64,000 bases of DNA from Rebecca billardiae RCC1528 (GCA_965240325.2 OZ251232.1:1860001-1924000); one strand, 5' to 3'. Positions 24,480-36,050 are shown, numbered from the stretch's first letter. A program made the numbers and translations. Notes: generated by a model not told the origin, from the letters alone.

Positions 24480-26303
24480 ATGATGGTATGGTACTGCTGC
24501 ACGCATGGTATGGTACTGCTGCTGTGCGCATGGTATGGTACTGCATGGTATGGTACTGCATGATGGTACGTACTGTATGGCATGGTACTGCTGCGCACAT
24601 GGTACATATATATGGTACTGCTGCGCGCATCAGCATGGTATGGTACGGTAATGTATGGTATATGGTACTGCTGTGAGCATGGTATGGTACTGCATCATGG
24701 TATGGTACTGCTGTGCGCATGGTATGGTAGTGCAGCATGGCTGTATGGTATGAGTACTGCTGCGCGCATGGTATGGTACTGCATGGTACTGTATACAATA
24801 CATATGGCATGGTACTGCTGCTGTGCGCATGGTATGGTACTGCATGGTATGGTATTGCATGATGGTACTGTATGGTATGGTTCTGCTGTGCGCATGGTAC
24901 GTACTGTGACCTAATGGTGCTGCAGTGCACATGTCGTATGGTACTGCACGGTACTGTATGGTATGGTAGTAAGGCTGTGCGCATGGTACGTATGGTGCTG
25001 CTGTGCGCATGGTATGGTACTGCATGGTACTGTATGGTATGGTACTGCTGTGCGCATGGTATGGTACTGCATCATGGCATGGTACTGCTGTGCGCATGGT
25101 ATGGTACTGCATCATGGTATGGTACTGCTGTGAGCATGGTATGGTGCTGCATGGTATGGTATGGTACTGCGCGCATGCACATCGATCATGCGATGTACCG
25201 AGCTGACAGCATGATGCGCATCATGCGACGATTGTCGTGTACCGAGCTGACAGCATGATGTGAGCTCATGGCAGTCAGCACCACCACCATCTGCTACTAC
25301 TGTCCTACCACTACAACGCCAGTCTACCGCCATCAAGCTGTTCCGACCACCACCACCTACTACTTCCACCGCCGCCACCACCGCCACCACCATCACCACC
25401 ACAACGCCTGGTATGGTACTGCATGGTATGGTACTGCATGATGGTACGTACTGTATGGCATGGTACTGCTGCGCGCATGGTACATATATATGGTACTGCT
25501 GCGCGCATCAGCATGGTATGGTACGGTAATGTATGGTATATGGTACTGCTGTGAGCATGGTATGGTACTGCATCATGGTATGGTACTGCTGTGCGCATGG
25601 TATGGTAGTGCAGCATGGCTGTATGGTATGAGTACTGCTGCTCGCATGGTATGGTACTGCATGGTACTGTATACAATACATATGGTATGGTACTGCTGCT
25701 GTGCGCATGGTATGGTACTGCATGGTATGGTATTGCATGATGGTACTGTATGGTATGGTTCTGCTGTGCACATGGTACGTACGGTGACCTAATGGTGCTG
25801 CAGTGCACATGTCGTATGGTACTGCACGGTACTGTATGGTATGGTAGTAAGGCTGTGCGCATGGTACGTATGGTGCTGCTGTGCGCATGGTATGGTACTG
25901 CATGGTACTGTATGGTATGGTACTGCTGTGCGCATGGTATGGTACTGCATCATGGCATGGTACTGCTGTGCGCATGGTATGGTACTGCATCATGGTATGG
26001 TACTGCTGTGCGCATGGTATGGTGCTGCATGGTATGGTATGGTACTGCATCGTATGGTACTGCGCGCATGCACATCGATCATGCGATGTACCGAGCTGAC
26101 AGCATGATGCGCATCATGCGACGATTGTCGTGTACCGAGCTGACAGCATGATGTGAGCTCATGGCAGTCAGCACCACCACCATCTGCTACTACTGTCCTA
26201 CCACTACAACGCCAGTCTACCGCCATCAAGCTGTTCCGACCACCACCACCTACTACTTCCACCGCCGCCACCACCGCCACCACCATCACCACCACAACGC
26301 CTG
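24480..26303. repeat. ATGGT/CATGGTATGGTACTG-based satellite arranged as a ~880-890-bp tandem duplication
   Basis: The unique block CACATCGATCATGCGATGTACCGAGC...ACAACGCCTG occurs at ~25178-25410 and ~26071-26303. Confidence 0.92.
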
Positions 26304-26829
26304 AAGGAGGAAGCAGCCCGACACTAGGCTTGAAGGCCCGCCCGCACGCGTGCGGTGCGCGCGGCTGCGGTTGGCGCTTGGATCAGTCGGGCGGCAGGGG
26401 CGAGATTGACGTACGATGCAGCAGCTTCTGAAGCTGCTGCTTCCTCCTTCCGTCGAGCTGCTGTCTGAAGGAGGAAGCAGCACTGCGCGAAGCAGCCTCA
26501 GGCAGCAAACACTAATAAGCGTTTCACAGAAACGCGCGCGCGGGGCGAGGAGCGGCGGTCGCGGCGCGGGGGTCGGAAGGACAGCCGGGGCGGAATTCAC
26601 GTATGAGGGGCACTCGTCACTATGCCGCATGCGCATCGGCACTAACCACGCGCCGCCTCCACTGGGGTGTCCGCGGTCGCAGGAGCGTGCGCCTCGCGAA
26701 GCAGGCGCCGCGTCACACGCGGCGGCACAGGTCCGGCACGTGCCGGTTCCGGTCCGTTGGAGCAGGGTAGAGACAAGGTAGAGAGCAGTTGTGCACGCTA
26801 TGATGCGAGTAATAATGAGTTGCTCATCC

Positions 26830-27530
26830 GTGCACCACTACTCGGCAAATAATACAGGTGAAAGGAGGGTTGCACCAAAGTTGCACCACCACTGCTGCAC
26901 CACTCCGAATAATACATCAGACGATGAAAGGAGGGGTGCACTTGTTGGGTGCACGAGACAGCGCGACCACTGCTGCACCACTCCGGATGATACAGATGAA
27001 AGGAGGGGTGCACCAGCACCACACTCCGTGCACCACTCCAAATAATACAGGTGAAAGGAGGGTTGCACCAAAGTTGCACCACCACTGCTGCACCACTCCG
27101 AATAATACATCAGACGATGAAAGGAGGGGTGCACTTGTTGGGTGCACGACAACTGCTGCACCACTCCGGATGATACAGATGAAAGGAGGGGTGCACCAGC
27201 ACCGCACTCCGTGCACCACTCCAAATAATACAGATGAAAGGAGGGTTGATGCACCACCACTGCTGCACCACTCCGAATAATACATCAGACGATGAAAGGA
27301 GGGGTGCACTTGTTGGGTGCACCACCACTGCTGCACCACTCCGGATGATACCATACAGATGAAAGGAGGGGTGCATGCACCACACTCCGTGCACCACTCC
27401 AAATAATAATATCATGAAAGGAGGGTTGATGCACCACCACTGCGTCTGCTGCACCACTCCGAATACAGATGAAAGGGTGCACCACCACCGTGCTGCAACA
27501 CTCCGAATACAGATGAAAGGAGGGGTGCAC
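26830..27530. repeat. Minisatellite of ~60-bp units with three alternating variants
   Basis: TGCACCACTCC(G/A)..ATACA..GAAAGGAGGG(G/T)TGCAC is repeated about 11 times. Confidence 0.88.
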
Positions 27531-27915
27531 GACTTACTTACTGATGTACCGGTCCGTATTCATTACTTACAACAAAACTTGCGATGCGGTACCACCCGGT
27601 CGGTACCCTCACTTTGCACGGAAAACCGTTGGCACCAATTGGGATCTGACTAAACTGTATTCCGTGGGATACTTATTGGAAGGCCATCAATCTTGTAGGA
27701 ATCACCGGACTACGCGTGTCCTACCGGAAAACTCGCTCCGCTCGCATTGGTTGTTCTTACCGAACACCAATGCGAGCGGGGCTCGCGATTAAGGGGCAGT
27801 ACAAACGCAATCATTGCGGCAGCGATATCCACTCATACGCGGTGGCCCGACCTACCGAAAAATCCCCAAAATCCTGCGCGCATCCTCTTTTTGATTTTGC
27901 GGAGCACGTGCGCCG

Positions 27916-27987
27916 CCCCCCCCCCCCCCCCCCCCCCGGCTTTCGCTCACGCTCAGACCTTTCGGGGGGGGGGGGGGGGGGGGGGGG
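27916..27987. other. C22 / G24 homopolymer inverted pair (long hairpin or G4/i-motif potential)
   Basis: C-run 27916-27937, 26-nt loop, G-run 27964-27987. Confidence 0.8.
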
Positions 27988-29493
27988 CGTGCGCCATCAT
28001 CGTCTATCTATACTCTCTCTCATCTCAGCTCGTCTCACTCACTGGCACGGCTCGCGCTTGCACTGCCAGCAGCGCTGCTGCATCGTCTCACGCAGACCAC
28101 GTCTGCCGACGCGGCGACTGCGGCAGCCTCGCGGCGAGCGGACGAGCGGTGGCTGCCGCAGCACAGTAGTTAGTCGGCTGCAAGCAGCTTCTGCGACGAG
28201 ATCATGCCTAGACAGAGTCATCAGTCAAGCCGACCTCGTTGGGGTACCATACGTTCTGCCCGAGTGGTGAATAATCTTTTGCCGAAAAAGGAAAAGGGGT
28301 GAATGAATATATGTATATATATATGTATTCATTTATTCATTTATTCGTCGTAGTCGGCCACTGGCCGATGCACGGGCAAAAGTGGGCATCCTGTGGCCGA
28401 CGGGTTGGCCGACGCCCGTCGAGGCTTGATTCGCACACAGGCCCCCCCGCGTCAAGGGGGCGTCAATAAAGGCCCGACGACTCTTGGGAGCTTGGCACTA
28501 GACGGACGACAGCGCGGTGGGCGTCGTCGTCACGCTGCTGCCCGCCAGTCACTCAATATACAGATGACGATCATCTGATCATCAGAGCAGTCACCGTGTC
28601 GCGGAATATCAGATTGGCCGGTGCCGCCGCCGGTACTATAACTACCCATCACGGCATCAGTCATCACGTCACGGATCACTCGGATTTTAAGCTATATAGC
28701 GCCAGCAATTCATCTATACTTCTAGCGCATGCAATCTAGCGCCGGTCCGACTGGCGGCGGAGACGTTCCGCCGGCGGCGACAGAAGTGGCGACGCCGCCC
28801 GCACTGATGGCGCAGCGCCCGGATCTGACACTGAGTTCGGCTGACGGTCGGACTCGGAAAGTCGGATATAATGAGGCTTCGTCGACTGATCGGAACGACG
28901 ATCCGAGTCTGAATAATAACGGCGCGCGCGGGCCCGACGTCGGATGAGTCGTCGGAACGAATAACGTTACCTGGAATCGGCAGCACGACTCGGCGCGCCG
29001 CGGCCCGCGCCGGTACTACACGGTCCGATAGTTATACCGCCGTTGATAGTACGTACGCGCCGTATAGTCGACCGGTAGTCGTCGTCGCCGAGCGATCATT
29101 CGCGGCGAATCAACACGCGCGGCTCACCACCCGGCAAAACAAGCGTTGCACTCCACGCCATGATCCTCTGGCCCGGTCTTGAGGACGTCGCCGCAGAACT
29201 CCATCAGCTCAAATGCGACCTGCGGGAGGTGAAAACGGCACATGCCGCGGACGCCAGGCCCGAACGACATGATGAGCCTGCCCGCCGCGGACCGGCCCGC
29301 CACCACCCTTTTGATGTGCATCCGGCCGATCGACTGCGCAGCGAGTCTGGCCACGCAGAGGCAGCGTCGTGAAACGCGTCGCCATCGTCTTCATCCATGT
29401 CACCGTCACCGTCGCAAGAGCCGTGGTGAGCGCCTATAGGAAGGCCGGCGACCCCAACCTGCGGCGCGACGCAAGCCCGGGGCCTGCCGTGTA

Positions 29494-32040
29494 CAGTTTA
29501 TTTGTTTTAACGTGCGTAAGGCTCGCGGTGGCAGTCGGATCCCCAAACAAACCTTTTGCCTGGTTCTGAAACCTTTCCGGACCGCCAAACCGGCCGCACG
29601 ATGGCGGATTCGGCATGGCGGTCCGGAAAGGCTCCAGAACCATGGCAAAAGGTTTGCCAAATCCAAACACGTCGCCTGGGGAGAGCGACGCCCTGGGGGT
29701 CAAGCCTACACGGAAAATGACGAGAACACACGAGATGCCCATGTACTTGAGATGATGAGCGCGCGGCGAGCTCACCGTTGCTGCGTGGCGGCGGTTCGCG
29801 GGCAGTCAGCCGCACGCCGCTCGCGGTGGGTCGTGACGCCAGTGCGTACCGAGTCGCGCGGACGCGGCGGGCCCGGTCGAGCCGCGCTCGAGGCCGGTCG
29901 GCGGCCGCCGCACGGGAGCCGGGCAGGTGAAGGTGTAGTGAGAGGTGCAGTTTCAGACGCGGCGTGATCCGCTCACGGTGGGCATCACGTCGGACCGTTG
30001 TTCGCTTGCGGCACCGGGACGCGGACGCAGGGGCGAAGGCCGTCGCGTGCGGAGCGGAGTGGCGAGCGAGCCGAGGCGACGACCGAACAGCGAGCCGGCG
30101 ACCAGGTCCCGATTTTAGCCACGAGCTCGCCAAAGATCGTCCAGCAGATACCTCGCACGGACAAACATGACTACAGGATTCGGGCGGGCGAAGCTCCCCT
30201 CCAGCCAATCAGAAAGCACATTTCAGTAGTCTGAACTACGGGGATTGCTGGTTGAAATCGGCACGATTCGTCGTCGCCGAAACACATGGCTGACCATTTC
30301 ACAACCAGAATGTTTGGGCGTCCGACGTACCTTGCAGTACGCTGAGATACCCCCGCGCCGTGTGGGAGATGCCTACTCACTATTCTGGTGAACACAGCTT
30401 TAAACAATTTTAATTCGTGACAAAGCCCTGGGAGACCCAGCTCCAACCCCCTTTAATTGGGTGTCCAATACTGCTGAGCAAAGTAATACCGGAGTAGGAA
30501 TACGAACAATGGGGCCTCAAACGTTTTTTGATTAGGCACGCCTCGGGAATCGAGAACGCATGTCGTTACCTTTTTGAGCGGGCGCCATAGGGATGCCGTT
30601 GCGATTCCCATCTATTTGTTGACGCTTTTCTACGACCATCCGCTCCCAAGTTGAGGAACCGCGACGATTGCTTTCGCCACCGCGCCGCGTGCGCTCGGCA
30701 CACACGATTGAGTATCGGACGAACGAGCTCAGCGCGCTGCTGCAGGAGGTGAAGGCCACGTGCGACACGCAGAACGGCGCTCAGCCGGCGTGGCTCGACG
30801 ACGCTTCCGGCACTCGCGCTCGCACTCGCACACAGGCGTACGTGTGCTACGAGGATCAGCTCCGCAGGCCTCCGCCGAACCCAGCGCCACAGATGCCATC
30901 GTCGGCGTCGCGAGGAGTACTGCGCCGATCTGGCGGAGATCCAGCGGCACGTGGCGGCGGCGATCAAGCAGCCGCAGCCGCATCAGATGACGTGCACGAA
31001 CGGCCTCGTGGAGAAGCTCGTACCACAAGCCTACCATAATAAGCCACCCGCTCGCCGACGCCGCATCAGATGACGTGCACGAACGGCCTCATGGAGAAGC
31101 TCGTACCACAAGCCTACCATAAGCCACCCGCTCGCCGACTTGCCTGACTACTACTCGCGCTGGCTCGTCACCAACGGGCGCGGCCTTCGAGCCGTCACCC
31201 GCGCCGCGCGCAGCTCGCGGCGCCATTGTGGAGGTGCGTGCCCGCCGGCGCGAGCTGCGCAACACAACATGCACACCGACGCGAGCCGCTCGTACCACGT
31301 CGTGCCCGACGGGCCGTGCTCAGCGACGGCTGCAAGCCTACGCCATGCAGTTGGTTGTGCGCTGCGCGGCTCGCCCCGCACCCGTGCAGACCCGAGACCG
31401 GTGGGCCATCCGCTGTGCGTGCCGTTGCCGCGCCGTCGTGCCCGAGCGGCCGTGCGCAGCGACGACTGCATCGACGCGCGCCTCGCCGACGCCGTGCGCC
31501 TCGGTGGGCTGCGTGCAATGAACCGCGGTGGCGGTGCGGTACCGTGCTGTGGCGCCGCGCGCGCGCGCCTGCGGCGCGCCACCGGATGATACCGTTATAG
31601 TCAGCGCTGAACGGCCAACTCGTCCCATCGTCGTCGGGTCTGCCGGCCCTAACCAGCTTCTCCGTCGCGTCCTACACGCGCTGTGTTCGACCAGCCCCAC
31701 CGGGACAAGGCCGCCAGGCCCCCGCAGTTTTCGAAGCCGTCTCATGTTTTGATGCGATTGTGTGCGGGAGAACGCGGGGGTGCCGTGAAACTTCAAACCA
31801 AGCACGGCAAGCGGGTACGGTGTGCGCCTCCGGACCTCAAGGGCGGGCTCGGGCGCTTTCAGCGCCCGAGCCTTTCGGCGTCCGAAACATTTCAGGATCC
31901 GAATTCAACGTCACACAACCAGGTTGCCGCGCCATCCTTCATCGCACGCTCTCCGAAGAGAGACCTGGAAACTGGGGGTTTGAACCCATGACCTCAGACG
32001 CAAGAGCACGCCAGTACTCCCACTCGGCCACAGACCGGCG
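29494..32040 (+). mobile_element. TA-flanked insertion with a pogo/Tc1-like left TIR, subterminal palindrome and possible HTH remnants; no right TIR
   Basis: Starts TA|CAGTTTATTTGTTTTAACGTGC and ends before TA at 32041. A long imperfect hairpin spans 29548-29656. Weak CENP-B/pogo-like fragments RSAHTIEYRTNEL and SRWLVTNGRGLRAVTR. Confidence 0.55.
31965..32039 (-). ncRNA. tRNA-derived Pol III promoter (SINE-like head), not a canonical tRNA
   Basis: A box TGGCCGAGTGG (32030-32020) and B box GGTTCAAACC (31986-31977). Acceptor and anticodon stems are incomplete. Confidence 0.5.
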
Positions 32041-32201
32041 TACAGTGGCCGGGCCCGCATCACAGAGCTGCAGTGTTGGTCGGCTGGAGTTGAATACGAT
32101 GCCTGGTCTTTCAGCCCATCTTCCAATCCCCAATCCCACTTGAGTTGCGGCCATCGCCAGCCCAACCGCGAGGGGGACTATTGTAAGCCACCCTAGACGA
32201 A

Positions 32202-32290
32202 AGCTTACGTACGTTTGTTGCTCTGCTGTGTGCCAACCTCGGCAACCTCGACATTCCTCGACATTCCTCGACCTTCCTCGACAACCTCGT
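32202..32290 (+). repeat. Terminal-type module with 9-10-bp CAACCTCG(G/A)/CATTCCTCGA reiterations; direct copy at 34144-34217
   Basis: Both copies share GTACGTTTGTTGCTCTGCTGTGTGCCAACCT(C/A)GGCAACCTCGACATTCCTCGA. Confidence 0.8.
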
Positions 32291-32319
32291 TGACGGAGCT
32301 CGTCTTGTATTTGTCAGTA

Positions 32320-32355
32320 CAGTTTACTATGTTTTAACGTGCACACTTGGTTAAG
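32320..32355 (+). mobile_element. Tc1/pogo-like TIR (left end) after TA
   Basis: 36/36 identical to the reverse complement of 1634-1669. Confidence 0.55.
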
Positions 32356-32444
32356 AGGGAAATGCGAGGATTCCCCCAGGAACAACGAGCACCTCCGTGC
32401 CGCTTGTCCGTCCCGTCCCACCCCGCCGATCCAACCCGGAGACC

Positions 32445-33689
32445 ATGACGACGCGCGCGACGACCAGCGAGCCGAAGAAGCCGTCGGCGGACGCCCTCCA
32501 GGAGCCGCGGGCGACGAAGTCGCAGAAGACGAATGCCACGTCCGACGTCGCCGGCGATGGCGGCGTCACCTCGGACGGGTTCGGCACGTCGAACCCGGCG
32601 TCGGGCGGCCGTGCGCACGGCGGCGCGTGCGGCAAGCGCCCAGCAAGGGAGTGCCCGCAGGCGGAGACTGCGACGGGCGCTTCGAAGAAGCGCAAGGCCG
32701 CGCCCGGCCCCGCTGCCGACGACGCCATCGGCATGCAGTCGCCTGCTGGCAGCACGTCGGCCGGCGGAAGCAAGGAGCCGCTCCCACCGGCGGCGCAGGC
32801 GGTGCAGGACAAGATGCTGAAGCAGGTGTGCGCCGGGCGTGCGCCGCGCGCGCGCACGCTGCCTTGTGCGACGGCGCTGACCCACCCCGCACCGCGCATC
32901 GCCTGCGCCGTTCAGACCGAGGCGATCAATCGGCTCGCGCAGCAGCGCGCCAAGGCGCTGGAGAAGGCGACCGAGCTGAAGCAAACGTCGGTGTCGCTCG
33001 GCCCGCCGGCGAACACGTCGTCGTTCGCGCAGGACCACGTCGAGCGCTGCGCGGACAAGAGCAACATCCGCGTGAACATCGGCGCGCAGATGCCGACGAA
33101 GCTCACGTTCGACGTGCGCCGCCAGGTGGTGTTCGGCGTGTACGTCGTGGTGCACCAGGAGGGAGTGCCGGGCGCCGAGGCCATGTTCAATGAGGGCAAG
33201 CACGTGAACAAGAACGGCGAGCAGCGCAGCTTTCTCTACAACGAGGCGCCGTCCATCGAGTACGTGCCGGTGGCGGATGAGGACGAGCAGTACCGCGTGC
33301 GCGTGCGCGCCATCGTGTTCGAGCCGCGCTCGCGCCTGATGGCGGGCCACATCCTGGAGGGCATCAAGACGGCGCCGCTCGGCTTTGCGCCCATCGTGGG
33401 CACGCTCCCGACGGTGGACGAGGTCGACCTGAACATCCCGATCGCGCGCCGCCACTCGCTGATGGCGTTCTACGACGTGGACGGCGAGGCGTTCGGCATC
33501 TTCGGCGACGACCTCAAGTTCTACATCAAGGCCATCGAGGCGCTGGCGGTTCAGGCTGGCGCCAGCGTGCTGCAGATCGTGCGCACGCCGATCGAGACGC
33601 AGATGCACTTTGGCGGAGACATCGTGCTGGCCTGCAAGGTGACGACGGCGATCCGTGCTGAGCTGGGCGTGGCGATCACGGGCATGTGA
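32445..33689 (+). CDS. Orphan protein, join(32445..32825,32916..33689), ~384 aa, disordered N-terminus with KKRK and a globular C-terminus
   Basis: Strong GC3 codon bias. A 90-nt GT-AG intron has a GCTGAC branch. No family recognised. Confidence 0.7.
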   Translation: MTTRATTSEPKKPSADALQEPRATKSQKTNATSDVAGDGGVTSDGFGTSNPASGGRAHGGACGKRPARECPQAETATGASKKRKAAPGPAADDAIGMQSPAGSTSAGGSKEPLPPAAQAVQDKMLKQVCAGRAPRARTLPCATALTHPAPRIACAVQTEAINRLAQQRAKALEKATELKQTSVSLGPPANTSSFAQDHVERCADKSNIRVNIGAQMPTKLTFDVRRQVVFGVYVVVHQEGVPGAEAMFNEGKHVNKNGEQRSFLYNEAPSIEYVPVADEDEQYRVRVRAIVFEPRSRLMAGHILEGIKTAPLGFAPIVGTLPTVDEVDLNIPIARRHSLMAFYDVDGEAFGIFGDDLKFYIKAIEALAVQAGASVLQIVRTPIETQMHFGGDIVLACKVTTAIRAELGVAITGM

Positions 33690-34159
33690 GACGGCTGGCA
33701 AGACTGTGTGCGGGTGGGTGGGAAGGGGGTCGAGCACGGGTGGGTGGGAAGGGGTTCGGGTGGGCACGTGGGCCCGCAGTCGGTGATAGGCCCCGCATGC
33801 ACCGCCGAAGCGGTGTGCGTGTTGCAGCACGCACGGCCGATGCTGCAGCATAGTGGCTGCGTGATCGGATAGAATACGACGTCAAGTATGATTTTTAGGG
33901 CGCGTGCCGCGCATAGACCGAATGGCGCACAGCCGGCGTGCACTAGCCTGGGGCTGGCAGGCGTCGTCCAGGCGGGACGAATGAATAAGTCATTATTCGC
34001 GCAGTTATTATTTCAGCTCCGCGGTTGATCCTTGACGATTTTCCAAGCTCGGAGTCGGAGGATCAGCAACATCATCCTCAAGCGTTCTGCGACCTAGGAA
34101 TCTAGGATCAGCGCAACATCGTCAAACGTGCTGAGACCTAGGTAGCTTATATGTACGTT

Positions 34160-35122
34160 TGTTGCTCTGCTGTGTGCCAACCTAGGCAACCTCGACATTC
34201 CTCGATGACATTCCTCGGATCGTACACGACGAGCTTGGCAGCGCCGGGGATGGCCAGCACAGCGTGCAGCTGAGCTCGCGTGCAGTCATGCGCCTCGTCG
34301 AGCAGCACCAGATCGAAGCGCGTGTCGCGTTTGGCGTAGTCGAGTTGGTACAGCTTGAAGAGCACAGCATGCGTCCGTGCGGCATGTGAGCTGGGGTCCG
34401 CCTGGCGCTCCCACACGCGGCGCGCCGAGGCAAGAACAGCGCCGCGGCACCGGGCAAGCGCGGGCAGGTGCGCGTCGCAGAGGTGCGCGTCGGCCGATGA
34501 TAGAAACGCACGCAGCGTCGCGCGCACGTCCGTCAAGCTGTCGTCGTCCGGCGCGTCACACGGAAGCACAGCCACCTGGTCGGCGATGTGGCCGCCGTGC
34601 AGGGCATGCGTCGCCTCGAAAGCCAGAGCGTCGAGCGTGCACACGCGCACGTGCGCCATCGCGGAGCACAGCTCAGCCTGCTCCGCTGCCGCGCTGCGAT
34701 TGAACGTCACGAGAACGGTGCGCAGGTGCGGTCGCGCCGCAGCGAACGCGCGCAGCGCGTGTGACTTGCCGGCACCTGCAACGGCGAGAATCTTCATCAC
34801 ATCACCGCGCTGCAGGGCGGTGTGCACGATAGCCTCGAGGCTGCCGGGTGGATCGTGGCGAACGAGAGCATGCAGCAGCACGCTCGACGTCGGGCGTGCG
34901 AGCGGAGCGGCAGCCAATCGGCGTCGGCGCGGGCGCGCCGGCCCGGGCGCCATGCAGTAGCCTGCGGTTGGCGCGTTCAGCTGAGCCAAATCGAAGCGGC
35001 GGGCGTGAAGGTGGGTTCCGGTGAGGTGGTTCCCCCACGTCGCGATGAGCACGCTCGCCACCGGACTTTGCCGAGGTTGTCGAGGTTGCCGAGGTTGTCG
35101 ACGTTGGCGAAAACGTAGCAAC
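34160..35122. mobile_element. ~1-kb element with imperfect TIRs (GTTGCT-N8/9-GCCAAC plus CAACCTCGR repeats) enclosing the helicase fragment
   Basis: 35068-35122 is the inverted version of the 34160-34217 module. Confidence 0.55.
34216..34953 (-). pseudogene. FBH1/UvrD-type SF1 helicase, N-terminal half only
   Basis: VMKILAVAGAGKS (Walker A), VLVTFNRS (motif Ia), THAVLFKLYQL and LVLLDEAHDCT (Walker B). The frame is cut at VVYDP (motif III) by the 34144-34217 repeat module. Confidence 0.8.
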
Positions 35123-35269
35123 CGACCCATCCGACCTCAAAGGTTTGCTTCAGGACAGATACCCGTCTGGGCGAGCTTGCGGGGGCTCGGAAGGAAGAAC
35201 CAAAGAAATAAAGGGAACGACCCTAAGACGAGCCCTCGAGTCCGGGAGCGTGGCCGCCGCCGCCGCCGC

Positions 35270-36050
35270 TGCGAGGTTGAGTCCGGCTTCGCCCTTCCCA
35301 CTTCGCACCGCCGCGCGAGAACGCGACGTAGGCCGCGAAGACGTCCCCGCACGCGCGGCGCGTGGTGCGCCGAGCAAGAGCACGTGTACTGCCGCCTTCT
35401 GCCGCCGCTCGTCACCTCATTCCACCCGCGTTGCTCAGCGCGAGCGCCGTGCGACGCCGGCGACGTGACTCAGCTTGGCACGCGCCGGATGAGAAGCTGC
35501 ACCCAGAGGCCGAGCTGCGCTCTAGCCCCTGGTGCGCCCGGTGGGCAGCGTGCACATGGATGCTATGCGTCTTCCCCGCGCTCAGTTGTCTGTCTCGAGG
35601 CGTCTCTAGAGTGAGTTGCTGGCTCTGCTACACGACTGCGTTTGAATTGCGTGTGTCGACCCACTCGGTCATGCCCGTGCGTGGGCAGTGTACGTCCTCA
35701 GGTCGCGGGCGCACGCGCGCGCCTGGTCGCAGTAATCATAGGCCTACCCGACACTTACGATTTTGGGTCCTGCACGGTCATCAGGTGGGCGCAGTGCACG
35801 TGCGTGCGCGGTGCGAGTTGCCGATCCGAGCCGCGACGCCTTTGTGCGCGCTGCTCGCGTTGGCGGAGAGAGGCGAGGAGCGACCGCTGACGCGTACCTG
35901 GGGACTACGTATGACCTTGGTCGACTACCAGCCTCGTCGCGTCCGCGCGCACGGGCCGTATTCGTCCGCACCGACGCTCGCGAGGTCCGCTCGCAGCGGC
36001 ACCGGGGGCACGGTGCCGCCTTTCAGGGGTTTGAGTCACAAGCCCAAGGG
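35270..36050. mobile_element. Non-autonomous repeat, inverted copy of 62058-62850, with a degenerate ISL2EU-like end
   Basis: Long reverse-complement match. The 62058 copy starts AT|AGTCCCCCTCGGG. Confidence 0.75.

Larger units (their letters stand above)
28444..32179. mobile_element. Non-autonomous element ending in an ISL2EU-family terminus (GAGGGGGACT|AT), interrupted by a 2.5-kb insert
   Basis: 28444-29493 plus 32041-32165 are contiguous, in inverted orientation, at 59554-60722. The terminus matches that of 45855-51683. Confidence 0.65.

Noticed and set aside
26830-27530. CRISPR-like repeat-spacer appearance
   Set aside because: Linkers are short and recur, repeats are degenerate, no cas genes are present and the context is eukaryotic.
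31600-31900. Possible Fanzor/TnpB C-terminus (HRDKAAR) followed by hairpins
   Set aside because: No RuvC-I/II motifs, zinc finger or continuous ORF upstream; the resemblance is too short.
31965-32039. Functional tRNA gene
   Set aside because: A cloverleaf cannot be completed; only the A and B boxes are convincing.
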